Shown in pieces: positions 25,626-35,163 of a stretch of 64,000 nt of DNA. Positions within the stretch are counted from its first letter, which is position 1. Each line of letters begins with the position of its first letter. The stretch comes from Bryobacteraceae bacterium (GTDB lineage: Bacteria > Acidobacteriota > Terriglobia > Bryobacterales > Bryobacteraceae): positions 85,909 through 149,908 of the forward strand of contig DATBIA010000095.1 of the NCBI GenBank assembly GCA_036557165.1, written 5' to 3'. A program made the translations under genes and the position numbers. The notes under the pieces were generated by a model, which worked only from the letters and a program-made list of their open reading frames with translations, had not been told where the DNA came from and searched no databases.

Positions 25626-26996
25626 TTGCGGGGAATAGGAAGCCTTCGGAGGAGCTTCGTGCAGTTACGCGACATTTTATTCACGAGCATCATGCTGGCG
25701 CTGATCGCCTACGCCTTCCGGCGTCCATGGGTGGCGATTCTGATCTGGGCCTGGCTGAGCTACATGAACCCGCATCGTCTGTGTTATGGATTTGCCGCTT
25801 ACAACATACCTTGGACGACGATCGCCGCGATTCTGACGATCGGCGGTCTTTATATTTCGGGAGAAAAGAACTATTTCCCGTGGACGCGGGAAACCGTGCT
25901 GTTAACCATCTTCTGCTTATGGATGACGGTGACGACCTTGTTCGGCCTTAATCAGACGGGCGCGTGGCCGTACCTGGACCGCGTGCTGAAGATTCAAGCG
26001 ATGATCTTCGTTACGTTTTTTGCGATGAAGGGACGTTTCCGCATAGAGGCGCTGGTGTGGGTGATGGCGCTCTCGATCGCCTTTTGGGGGGTGAAAGGCG
26101 GCCTCTGGACATTGCTTCGGGGAGGCGGAGGGCATGTGGAAGGGCCGGTCAATTCGATGATCTTCGGGAACAACGAACTTGCGCTGGCTTTGGTGATGGT
26201 ATTGCCGATGATCTCTTATCTGCAACTGCAGAACACGAACAAGAGAATCCGCTGGGCCCTTACCGGAACGCAGATCCTGTGCGTGGTTGGAATCGTGGGA
26301 ACCTACTCCAGAGCCGGGTTTCTGGCGCTGTGCGTGATGTGGGCCTTGCAGTGGTGGAAGAGCCGGCACAAGTTGATTCTGGCTATGGCCGTCGTGCTAG
26401 TGGCGCCTCCGATCATTTACTTCATGCCCCATGCGTGGCTGGAGAGAATGCATACGATCACGAACACCAGCGAGGACACCATGGACGGCTCGGTGAAGGG
26501 GCGGCTGAACGCCTGGCGGACGGGGATCAACATTGCGAAAGACCACCCGATTGTGGGAGGCGGATTCAAAGTTTTGAACTCCCCGGTGTTTGCCCAATAT
26601 TCGCCCGACCCTAAGGATCAACATGATGCCCACAGCATCTACATTGAAACCCTGACTGAACAGGGCTTTCCCGGATTTCTGATGTTCATGGGGCTGGGCG
26701 TGTTCACGTGGTTCACTCACCGCCGCGTGGTGAAGATGGCAAGGAGACTGCCGGAACTCCAGTGGGCGAGTGATTTGGTCACACACGTTCAGTTAGGCCT
26801 GATCGGGTACGCGGTGGGAGGCGCCTTCGCCGGCCTGGCGTATTTCGATTTGCCCTATCACATGATGTCGGTTATCGTTTTGTGCGGAGTCTTCGCCAAG
26901 GACGCGGTTAGGGCGGCGGCGCGGGCGAGCGCGCAGGCGGCTTGGGAGGCTCAGAGCGCCCAGGCCCCGCCCGAGCTGGCTGTTCAGGAAGCTTAA
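25626..26996 (+). CDS. O-antigen ligase/polymerase-like membrane protein (Wzy_C; exosortase-system-associated type)
   Basis: RRPWVAILIWAWLSYMNPHRLCYGFA N-terminus, a Wzy_C-like core (YSRAGFLALCVMW) and about 10 TM helices. The real start may be the GTG at 25659. Confidence 0.8.
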   Translation: MRGIGSLRRSFVQLRDILFTSIMLALIAYAFRRPWVAILIWAWLSYMNPHRLCYGFAAYNIPWTTIAAILTIGGLYISGEKNYFPWTRETVLLTIFCLWMTVTTLFGLNQTGAWPYLDRVLKIQAMIFVTFFAMKGRFRIEALVWVMALSIAFWGVKGGLWTLLRGGGGHVEGPVNSMIFGNNELALALVMVLPMISYLQLQNTNKRIRWALTGTQILCVVGIVGTYSRAGFLALCVMWALQWWKSRHKLILAMAVVLVAPPIIYFMPHAWLERMHTITNTSEDTMDGSVKGRLNAWRTGINIAKDHPIVGGGFKVLNSPVFAQYSPDPKDQHDAHSIYIETLTEQGFPGFLMFMGLGVFTWFTHRRVVKMARRLPELQWASDLVTHVQLGLIGYAVGGAFAGLAYFDLPYHMMSVIVLCGVFAKDAVRAAARASAQAAWEAQSAQAPPELAVQEA

Positions 26997-26999
26997 TCC

Positions 27000-27980
27000 A
27001 TGCGGCCAGACGCGGAATCCGTTCTCACTCCCGCCGAGTACTACGACGACCGCCACGCGCGCGGCTGGATGGATGAATGGCCTGAAGCGAAACGCAGCCG
27101 GGTGGTGAACCTCATACGAGACGTGGCTGGGGAGGCGCCGGCGAGAATCCTCGAATACGGTTGCGGAGTGGGCGTGTTCGCCAACGCAATGAAGCAGGCC
27201 ATGCCGCAATGGGAAGTGCACGGCTGCGATATCTCTTCCACCGGCGTCGCCAGGGCTCGCGAGAGATATTCAGGTGTTGAGTTTCACGTGCTGACCGAGG
27301 GCTCGGCTACCCCGTCGCTTGGTAAATTCGACGTCATCTACACGCATCACGTTCTTGAGCATGTGGACGACGTCGGCAAAGCGCTGGCCCGCATTTCGCG
27401 CGCGCTCAAGCCAGGGGGCAAGGCGGTTCATATCGCTCCGTGCGCGAATGCCGGATCGCTGGAGCATACGATTTCCCGGCTGAAGGATAATGGCGCCACG
27501 GCTAACGGCTGCTTTCATCACGACGATTCTTCGCATGTGCGAAGGCTGACCTCCGCCGAGCTAACGGAAGCGTGCCGGCGGGAGGGCATGCTCCCTAGAA
27601 CAACTCTATTCGCGAACCAGTTCTGGGGAGGGTTGGATTATTTGACGGCCGAATACCATCGAACACTCCTCGATTGGTTGAGCCCAGCCGGGGCCGCCAC
27701 GGCCGCGGCTCGCAGAAAGCTTTCGGCGCTGACGATTGGCATCGTCGGCTTGTCCTTGCTCCGCAAGGGACCAAAGTACGTGTTTTCGCTATTCGGAGAG
27801 CCGGCATCTCTCGGGAAAAAATTGGCGCTGACGTTGTTTGCGATTCCGGCGGCCCTCTTCTATCCGTTTGCAACCGCGATCGACAGGTTCATTCGGGCGA
27901 TGGCATCGTGGGAATGGAAATCAAAACGATTCCAGCCGAACGGCAGCGAGATGTACGCGGTCTTCGAAAAGGCTGGATGA
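27000..27980 (+). CDS. class I SAM-dependent methyltransferase with a C-terminal hydrophobic hairpin
   Basis: Motif I ILEYGCGVGVF and post-I/II motifs (VIYTHHVLEHV, LKPGG). The C-terminus has two hydrophobic segments, LSALTIGIVGLSLL and LALTLFAIPAALFYPFATAI. Confidence 0.75.
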   Translation: MRPDAESVLTPAEYYDDRHARGWMDEWPEAKRSRVVNLIRDVAGEAPARILEYGCGVGVFANAMKQAMPQWEVHGCDISSTGVARARERYSGVEFHVLTEGSATPSLGKFDVIYTHHVLEHVDDVGKALARISRALKPGGKAVHIAPCANAGSLEHTISRLKDNGATANGCFHHDDSSHVRRLTSAELTEACRREGMLPRTTLFANQFWGGLDYLTAEYHRTLLDWLSPAGAATAAARRKLSALTIGIVGLSLLRKGPKYVFSLFGEPASLGKKLALTLFAIPAALFYPFATAIDRFIRAMASWEWKSKRFQPNGSEMYAVFEKAG

Positions 27981-29512
27981 TCACTCGCGCAGTCCTGATC
28001 CGGGATGCGGCTCTGAGCGTCCTGCTCTTGGGCGGAGTCTTCGCATATAACGCCCGGTACTGCGACGATTCGATTTTTACCACAGACGGGGTCGATTACC
28101 TCCGCGATGTGCGGCGCGGATTCTGGGCCAACTACTTCGACACTCAAAGCGGCGGGCTATGGGGACTCATTTCCGTCATCCGAAATCATCCGGAAGCCCG
28201 CTCGGGGCTGTGGGACTATTTGGAGCGGAATGACGACGCCGCGGCGGACCTCCATTTCCACGTGCCCGTCGGCCTATATCCGAATATGGTCGCGCGGAAT
28301 TTCGGCGGAGGAGACCGCGCGCAGAGGCTGGTGGCCGCCGGGGAAGGCGGGCTGGTCGCGGCGATTGTGTTTGCGGGTCTCAGATTTGCCGGAGTCGCGC
28401 TTCCGGTATCGTTCTTGACGGCAGCTTTTGTGGGCTTGAGTCCCGCGATGGTGAGCAGCTCGACGGACGTCAGTCCGCACATGGTCTTTCTCGCAGCGGT
28501 TCTGATCGCGGGTTTCGCGTTGGCGCGTTTTCTGGAGACGGGCGCGAAATCGGCGCTGGCGCTCGCGGCTGGAAGCTTTGCCGCCTCCGCCGCCACGCTG
28601 GAGTTATCGATCATCGCGGCGCTCGCGTTCTTTGCCGGCGCCGGCGTTTGGCTGTTGCGGATGAAACGGAAAGAGGTGCGCTTCTTTTTGATGCCCGCCG
28701 CGATGGTCTTTGCCGCGGTATCGTTTATCGTTTGGCCGGGAGGTTGGATCCGCGGGGGGTATGCGCTAAGCTATGGCGTCTTTATCTTCCTGGCGCTGTT
28801 TCGCAGGGAAAACTATTTTGGCAGCGATTCGCTTGCGGTGACGTCGATGCGCGCGGCCCAGCAAAGTTCGCTCATTCTTATCGTCTTTGCCATGACAGTG
28901 GCCGGCGTGATTTATTTGCTCGCGAAGAGGCGTTGGAGTCCGTATCTTCAGATTTTCGCGCTGCTCGCCGCCGGTTTTGCGGGGCAGGGAATGCTGAATC
29001 ATTTTCGGAACCCCGCCTATGCGTCCCATTTCATCGTGACAGCGGGAGTGGTGTTCGCGTTGTGCGTTCAGAGTCTGCTGGATGCCTCGGAGGGCTCCGC
29101 GCGCTATGCCGTTTGGGCGGCAGCCTCGGCGGGAATGCTGCTCGCAGTTCTCGGCGCGCGCGGCTGGCCGGCCCTTAGTCTTCAGCGGCAGCAGGAGCAG
29201 CGCGCTTCGTCAGATCGCGTGGAAGAGGTGACCGAGCAGGTGAAGCGGAACTGGCCCGTCGGCTCCACGATCGTCTCCAACAATCGATTCAACGGAGTCT
29301 GGCGCTATTATCTGCCGGGTTACCGGATTGAAAAAACGACGAGCGCCGAGACGCTGGAGCCGCGTTATGGAACGCAGTCGCGGGAATACGCGGTGATCGC
29401 CCTTCCCGAACTGTTGAGCGATCATTGGCGGCAAGAGCTTGAGCGGAACGATCATCAGAAGGTGGGCGGCTTTGTCATCTCCCGTATGTCCGCGCCGTCG
29501 GCAGGGCAATGA
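27977..29512 (+). CDS. polytopic membrane protein, possible GT-C-type glycosyltransferase
   Basis: Trimmed to the ATG at 27977, which forms an ATGA overlap with the methyltransferase stop. More than 10 TM helices, then a C-terminal soluble ~100 aa. Confidence 0.5.
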   Translation: MITRAVLIRDAALSVLLLGGVFAYNARYCDDSIFTTDGVDYLRDVRRGFWANYFDTQSGGLWGLISVIRNHPEARSGLWDYLERNDDAAADLHFHVPVGLYPNMVARNFGGGDRAQRLVAAGEGGLVAAIVFAGLRFAGVALPVSFLTAAFVGLSPAMVSSSTDVSPHMVFLAAVLIAGFALARFLETGAKSALALAAGSFAASAATLELSIIAALAFFAGAGVWLLRMKRKEVRFFLMPAAMVFAAVSFIVWPGGWIRGGYALSYGVFIFLALFRRENYFGSDSLAVTSMRAAQQSSLILIVFAMTVAGVIYLLAKRRWSPYLQIFALLAAGFAGQGMLNHFRNPAYASHFIVTAGVVFALCVQSLLDASEGSARYAVWAAASAGMLLAVLGARGWPALSLQRQQEQRASSDRVEEVTEQVKRNWPVGSTIVSNNRFNGVWRYYLPGYRIEKTTSAETLEPRYGTQSREYAVIALPELLSDHWRQELERNDHQKVGGFVISRMSAPSAGQ

Positions 29513-30759
29513 TTGCGCGGGAGACAAGGGGCGCGTGCGTGGTCGCTCCCGTCGTCGCGAATGAGACGGCGCGACTACGCATCCTCAGTCTAAGCTGCGT
29601 CTATCCAAACCCGGACGATCCGCATCTGGGAAGTTTTGTGAGATCCCGGATCAAGCACGTCGGGAAATTGGCGGAGGTCAAGGTTCTCGCGCCTATCGCG
29701 CAGCTCGATTTCGCGCGTGGTGGGCGGGCGCGCTCCGGCAGGGGGATTCCCTCCCGCCTGTGGGACGAAGAGATCGAGGTCTTTCATCCTTCCTGGATCT
29801 ATCCGCCCGGGGGCAACGCGATCAACCCGGCGTTCCTTTTTCTGCGGCTGCTGCCCCTGGCGGCCCGCATTAGGAAAGACTTTGAATTCGATTTGATCGA
29901 CTCGCATTTCGCGTTCCCGGATGGCATCGCGGCGGCCTTGCTCGCCCGGAGGCTCGGTGTTCGTTTCTCGGTAACTCTGCGCGGTAGCGAGCTGCTGCAC
30001 GCGCAATATCCGCGGCGCAGGAAATTCATGGGATGGGCCCTCCGCCGCGCGAGCGCCGTGATCGCGCTTTCAGAGGAGTTGAAGGTGTTTGCAGTGTCGC
30101 TGGGCGCCGATGCAGCGCGGGTGAAAGTCATTCCGAACGGCATCGATCCCGCGATTTTTTATCCGCGCGACCGGGATCGCTGCCGCGCAAAGCACGGGAT
30201 TAACAGAGAAAGAAAAATCGTTCTTTCCGCGGGGTCGCTGATCGAGTTGAAGGGCCATCATCGGACGGTGAAAGCTGTTGCCGCTATTCGCGCGAAGGGG
30301 CTGGATGTCGAATTCTTGATTGCCGGAGGCGCGGGGCGCGCCGTGCAATACGAGCCGGAAATTCGCAAGCAGGTGGCCGATTCAGAGCTTCAGGACCGCG
30401 TCCGCCTTCTGGGAGAAATTCCGCCCGACGATCTGGCCGAGCTGATGTGCGCAGCGGATGTGTTCTGCCTCGCCAGCTCGCGGGAAGGATGGCCGAACGT
30501 AGTGCATGAAGCGCTGGCGTGCGGAACACCGGTGGTAGCGACGCGCGTGGGGGCAGTGGCGGAGATGATTCCTTCTTCGGACTACGGCTTTGTGGTCCCT
30601 CCAGGCGAAGTGGAAGCGCTTTCAAAAGCACTGCGTGAGGCGCTTGAAAAAGAGTGGGATGGCGCCGTGATCTCGCGGCTCGCGCAGGCGCGCACGTGGA
30701 CTCAGACGGCCAGTGAAGCGATCGATTTCCTGCGCCAACGGGCGGCGGTTGGGAAATGA
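29509..30759 (+). CDS. family 4 (GT-B) glycosyltransferase
   Basis: SREGWPNVVHEALACGTPVVATRVGAVAEMI is the E-x7-E region typical of GT4. Start and stop each overlap the neighbouring gene by 4 nt. Confidence 0.85.
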   Translation: MIARETRGACVVAPVVANETARLRILSLSCVYPNPDDPHLGSFVRSRIKHVGKLAEVKVLAPIAQLDFARGGRARSGRGIPSRLWDEEIEVFHPSWIYPPGGNAINPAFLFLRLLPLAARIRKDFEFDLIDSHFAFPDGIAAALLARRLGVRFSVTLRGSELLHAQYPRRRKFMGWALRRASAVIALSEELKVFAVSLGADAARVKVIPNGIDPAIFYPRDRDRCRAKHGINRERKIVLSAGSLIELKGHHRTVKAVAAIRAKGLDVEFLIAGGAGRAVQYEPEIRKQVADSELQDRVRLLGEIPPDDLAELMCAADVFCLASSREGWPNVVHEALACGTPVVATRVGAVAEMIPSSDYGFVVPPGEVEALSKALREALEKEWDGAVISRLAQARTWTQTASEAIDFLRQRAAVGK

Positions 30760-31721
30760 AAACGCTGATTACCGGTGGGGCGGGATTCATCGGATCGCAC
30801 CTGGCGGAGCGGCTGATTCGGGAAGGTTGCGAGGTCGCCATCGTGGACGAGCTTAACGATTTCTACTCGCCCAAATTGAAATGCGCGAATTTGGAGGCCG
30901 TTAAAGGGGCGGCGCGGGGACGCCTGGCGCCGTTCTTTCAGGCGGATATTTGCGACGAAGCCGCGATGGCGGATGTGTTCGACCGGGTGGAGCCGGAGAT
31001 GGTGATCCATTTGGCCGCGCGCGCCGGAGTCCGCCCGAGCTTGGAGCAGCCGCTGCTCTACGAGCGAGTCAACGTTCATGGAACGGCGGTGCTTCTGGAG
31101 GAATGCCGGAAAAAGGGCATTAAGCACTTTATATTCGCCTCGTCGAGCTCCGTTTACGGCGCCGCGAGCCGGGCGCCGTTCCGCGAGGACGATCCCGTCT
31201 GCCGGCCCATCTCGCCGTATGCCGCGACCAAGCTCGCCGGCGAAGCGATCTGCCATACCTATTCGCACCTGTACGGAATGCGCGTGGTCTGCCTTCGTTT
31301 TTTCACCGTCTACGGACCGAGGCAGCGGCCGGACCTGGCGATCCGGAAATTCACCGATCTGATCGAGCGGGGCGAACCGGTTCCGGTTTTCGGAGACGGC
31401 TCCAGCAGCCGCGACTACACATTCATCCAAGACATCGTAAATGGCGTCGTAGCCGCCACGCGCTACAATTGCGCGTACGAGATCTTCAATCTTGGAAATT
31501 CTCACCCCGAAAATCTGCTCGATTTGATCCGCGCTTTGGAAGAGGCGATCGGGAAACGGGCAGAGATCCGCTGGCTCCCGGATCAGCCCGGAGACGTACC
31601 AATCACTTATGCCGATATCGGCAAAGCGGCGCGGCTGCTCTCGTATTCACCGCAGACCCCGTTCCGCCAGGGGATTTGCGAATTCGTCGAGTGGCGCCGG
31701 GCGGTTAATGGCCTCGCCTAA
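30756..31721 (+). CDS. NAD-dependent nucleotide-sugar epimerase (SDR; UDP-glucuronate 4-epimerase-like)
   Basis: MKTLITGGAGFIGSHL Rossmann motif, SSSSVYG, catalytic YAATKLAGE. Confidence 0.8.
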   Translation: MKTLITGGAGFIGSHLAERLIREGCEVAIVDELNDFYSPKLKCANLEAVKGAARGRLAPFFQADICDEAAMADVFDRVEPEMVIHLAARAGVRPSLEQPLLYERVNVHGTAVLLEECRKKGIKHFIFASSSSVYGAASRAPFREDDPVCRPISPYAATKLAGEAICHTYSHLYGMRVVCLRFFTVYGPRQRPDLAIRKFTDLIERGEPVPVFGDGSSSRDYTFIQDIVNGVVAATRYNCAYEIFNLGNSHPENLLDLIRALEEAIGKRAEIRWLPDQPGDVPITYADIGKAARLLSYSPQTPFRQGICEFVEWRRAVNGLA

Positions 31722-32807
31722 AAGCGCGGCGTATTCGCGGACCATTCGTTCCTTCGAGTAGCGCTCCACCGCGCGCCCGCGATTGGCTGCGCCGATCCGA
31801 GCGCGGCGCTCGGGATTTTCAGCGACCTGCCGGAGCGCCTGCGCATAGCCCTCCTCGTCGTCCGGCGCGACGACACAACCCTCCGACGTTTCCCCCAGAA
31901 GCTCCCGGCTGTCGCCGACATCTGTGCAGACGACAGGCAGTCCCGACGCCATCGCTTCGAGCTGAGCGTTCGAGACTTGCTCGGTCGCCGAGGACATCGC
32001 GAAGACGTCCAGCATGGCGAGATAAGGCGCCGGGTCCAGCTGCCGCCCCGGAAAAATCACGCGTCCGGCCAGGCGAAGATCCGCAGCCAGTTTTTGCAAC
32101 TCGTCGCGGCACGGGCCTTCGCCGGCCAGGATCAAGCGGGCATCCGGCAAATTCGCCGCGTGGAACGCGCGGATCAGCAATCCCAAATTCTTCTCCGGGC
32201 GCAGGCCGCCGAGATAGCCGATTAAGATCGTTCCTTCGGGGATGTTTAACGTCTGGCGGCCGGCTGTATTGCGCCCGGGTTTGTAGCGAGCCACGTCCAC
32301 TCCCGTGGAGATCAGCCGGACTTTTTTCGATGACAGCTTGTACTGGTCGCGGGCGACCCGCAGCATAGTTCGCGAAGTCGCCACGGTTTGAAACACCGCG
32401 TTCAGAAGCGCTCTGCGGGCCCAGACGCGGCGGCGCAGCAAGCGCGTAGCTTCCTCTTGCGTGAAGCCGCACTCGTTGTGAATCACCGGGCAGATTCCCG
32501 CGAGCCGCGCCCCCAGCGTCGCCTCAATCGAGCCCCAGTTGTAAGTCAGAACCGCCGCGGGCCGGATCGACCTCACCAGATTGCGAAAGAAGAGCGCGCC
32601 CGATCCAGTCGGCGGAGGACCTTCCACGGTGGCATCGATGCACACCGAGAGCGAAGAGGCCGCTTCCAGGTTCTTATCGAGCGAGACGATCCGGTGAGCA
32701 AAGGAAGGCCCCAGCGAATTGAGGATCGAAACCATCCGCAGCTGAGTGCCGCCGGCGCCGAAGCCCGGAAATACGTGCAGCAGGCGCGGAGGGGGGGCCT
32801 CAGTCAT
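31647..32807 (-). CDS. GT4 glycosyltransferase, PEP-CTERM/EpsH1-system-associated type (stp2-like)
   Basis: Trimmed to the ATG at 32807 (MTEAPPPRLLHVFPGFGAGGTQLRMVSILNSL). C-terminal motif: SSATEQVSNAQLEAMASGLPVVCTDVGD. Confidence 0.8.
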   Translation of the reverse strand: MTEAPPPRLLHVFPGFGAGGTQLRMVSILNSLGPSFAHRIVSLDKNLEAASSLSVCIDATVEGPPPTGSGALFFRNLVRSIRPAAVLTYNWGSIEATLGARLAGICPVIHNECGFTQEEATRLLRRRVWARRALLNAVFQTVATSRTMLRVARDQYKLSSKKVRLISTGVDVARYKPGRNTAGRQTLNIPEGTILIGYLGGLRPEKNLGLLIRAFHAANLPDARLILAGEGPCRDELQKLAADLRLAGRVIFPGRQLDPAPYLAMLDVFAMSSATEQVSNAQLEAMASGLPVVCTDVGDSRELLGETSEGCVVAPDDEEGYAQALRQVAENPERRARIGAANRGRAVERYSKERMVREYAALLGEAINRPAPLDEFANPLAERGLR

Positions 32808-33975
32808 ATACCAGGACTTTCCCGGCTGGCTGAAGCATCTCCACAACTCTTTGCGCGTTCGATTCCCACAGCAGGCCGCGCTCGTAGATTGCGCGAAGCG
32901 CGTTCCTGCCGGTTCTCGACCGCAGATCCGAGTCGGTGGCAAGCGCGCTCAAGGCGCGCGCGAAGCTCTGCGTGTCGCCGGGGCGGAACAGGACCGCGCT
33001 ACGTCCGTTCTCCAACAACTCCTCGATGTTTTCCTGCCGCGGCGCCACGATCGCTTTGGCCAGCCCCATGTACTCCAAAATCTTCATCGGGCAGCAATAT
33101 TCGTTCGCCGCGGGCTGCACCGCGATGTCTACCAGGTCCAGATAGGCGGGGACTCGCTCGTGAGAAACCGGGCCCGTGAAGATGACGGAATCCTGAAGCT
33201 GATGAGCGGCCACGTAACGCTTCAACTCCTCCGTCGCGGGACCGTCGCCTACTAGCAACAGCACGGCCTGCCCGTTCCATAGCCCGGATTCGCGGAACGC
33301 TTCGAGCAGTAATTCGATGCCATGCCATGGCCGGAACCACCCGACGAAGCCGATGGCTACGCGGCCGCGGATGCCCAGCGATTCGACGAGCCGCGGGTCC
33401 CGGGCTGCGTTGAATCGCTGAAGATTGACCCCGTTCGGCATCAGCCGGAGCTTTGACTCCCGCACTCCGTTCTCGATCATGATGCGGCGCAGGGGCCCGG
33501 AGACCACAACCACTTTCGTCGCGCGATTGCAGACGACACGCTCGATCCAAGCCGCGAGCTTGTGAGCGCGGATTTCCTTTTCGCGGCTCATTTCGAGCGC
33601 TAACGGGGAGTTCACCTCTACGACAATCCTCTTGCCGCAGATCGCCGCCGCCACGACGCCGGAAAAATTCAACAGCGAATAGCGCTCGTAAATGAAGTCG
33701 GCGCGGCTGCGGCGGATTTTCAGGCACAGCCACGGAATCGCGAAGAGGTTATATCCGAGCTGCACCAGCTCGGACAAAAAAGGAATGGCCCGCAGCAACT
33801 TCTTCAAGCCCGATTCGCGGGCTTCGCGCTCCGGCTCGCTCGCGCGATTTTCGGTTTCGACCAACGAGGCCACTTCCACCTCGTGCCCGAGCTGCCTGAA
33901 TGCCGAGATCATTTCGAGAATGTGGACCTTCTGCGCGTCGGTCGCCCTGGTCCGGTGATGATAAAGGATCTTCAC
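32800..33975 (-). CDS. GT4 glycosyltransferase
   Basis: Trimmed to the GTG at 33975, which forms a GTGA overlap with the upstream stop (VKILYHHRTRATDAQKVHILEMISAF). C-terminal motif: CCPMKILEYMGLAKAIVAP. Confidence 0.8.
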   Translation of the reverse strand: MKILYHHRTRATDAQKVHILEMISAFRQLGHEVEVASLVETENRASEPEREARESGLKKLLRAIPFLSELVQLGYNLFAIPWLCLKIRRSRADFIYERYSLLNFSGVVAAAICGKRIVVEVNSPLALEMSREKEIRAHKLAAWIERVVCNRATKVVVVSGPLRRIMIENGVRESKLRLMPNGVNLQRFNAARDPRLVESLGIRGRVAIGFVGWFRPWHGIELLLEAFRESGLWNGQAVLLLVGDGPATEELKRYVAAHQLQDSVIFTGPVSHERVPAYLDLVDIAVQPAANEYCCPMKILEYMGLAKAIVAPRQENIEELLENGRSAVLFRPGDTQSFARALSALATDSDLRSRTGRNALRAIYERGLLWESNAQRVVEMLQPAGKVLVYD

Positions 33976-35156
33976 GAGATCATGGCTCCACGCTCTTCGC
34001 CTTCCATCGCTTCGAGCAACGGACGCAAGTTCGTTTCCCAAGAGAAGCTGGCCCGCGCGCGCTCGCGAATAAACGGCTCGCAACCTGGTTGGTCGTTCAT
34101 GCCCTCAAGCTGCCGCGCGTAGTCCTCGCTCGATTCGCACATCGACACGCCCTCGGGCAAGGTCTCTCCGAAACTGCTCGCCACACCGGGCGAAGCCAGG
34201 ATGCGCTTGCCCATCGCGAGGGCTTCCAGCACTTTGTTTTGTACTCCGCGCGCGATCCTCAGCGGAGCGACCATCGCAAGAGCGTGACTCAGGTACGGCC
34301 GCACGTCGGCCACGCCGCCCGTTACGGTGATTCCGGGCTTCGCCGCAAGGCGTTGGACAGCGCGCGCCGGATTACGGCCCACGATGAGGAACTCCAGGTT
34401 CGGCCACTGCGTGCGGAGTTGGACGAAAATCGCGTTCGCAAACCATCGGCAGGCGTCCACATTTGGAAAGTAATCCATTTGGCCCACGAACACCACGTAT
34501 CTCCGGTTTTCGAGGCCGGACGCAGCTGGGCAGACGGCTGGATTGAAGTATTCGAAATCGATCCCATTGATGTAGCTCTCGACGCCAGCGCCGGGCGCGA
34601 TTCGCTTCAGCAAATCCCTCTCGCGCGGGGTGGTCAGGAAGACGCATTCCGCCCGCCGGGCATAGGCGGCTTCCAACGCGCGGAGTCTGTTTCCCTCGAT
34701 TCTATACAGTGCCCCGGGCCAGCGCCGATCAGCATAGTCCAGCCATTTCTCGGAATCCACATCTACCATGTCGATCCAAAGCGGAACATCCGCCGGCGCA
34801 AACTGGACGACGGCGGAAGAATAGGCCAAAGTAGCATCAATCGGCAACCGCCGAAGCGATTCGATGTGCCTCCGCATCCTCTTGCTGCGATAGAAATCCG
34901 CGCTAATGGCTCCTCCAGCCGCGAAACGAAAGGCCGCTGAGGCAAGCGCGCGATAGGGCGGCAGGCGCTCGGCGAAAACCGAGGCACAGCGGTCTTTGAG
35001 TTCGTGCGCTCTCGCGACCTCTTCCGCGTTCTTTGCGAAGCACGCCAGATGGACGCGGTGCTTCGCCGCCAGCAGGTTCAGTTCGTGCCAGGCGCGAATC
35101 TTCTCGCCCTTATCGGGAGGATTGGGAACGCAGTGCGAGAGGAAGAGGATGTCCAT
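33972..35156 (-). CDS. GT4 glycosyltransferase, PEP-CTERM/EpsH1-system-associated type (stp1-like)
   Basis: MDILFLSHCVPNPPDKGEKIRAWHELNLLAAKHRVHL is the signature N-terminus of this family. Motif QNKVLEALAMGKRILAS is also present. Confidence 0.8.
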   Translation of the reverse strand: MDILFLSHCVPNPPDKGEKIRAWHELNLLAAKHRVHLACFAKNAEEVARAHELKDRCASVFAERLPPYRALASAAFRFAAGGAISADFYRSKRMRRHIESLRRLPIDATLAYSSAVVQFAPADVPLWIDMVDVDSEKWLDYADRRWPGALYRIEGNRLRALEAAYARRAECVFLTTPRERDLLKRIAPGAGVESYINGIDFEYFNPAVCPAASGLENRRYVVFVGQMDYFPNVDACRWFANAIFVQLRTQWPNLEFLIVGRNPARAVQRLAAKPGITVTGGVADVRPYLSHALAMVAPLRIARGVQNKVLEALAMGKRILASPGVASSFGETLPEGVSMCESSEDYARQLEGMNDQPGCEPFIRERARASFSWETNLRPLLEAMEGEERGAMIS

Positions 35157-35163
35157 CTGGATT

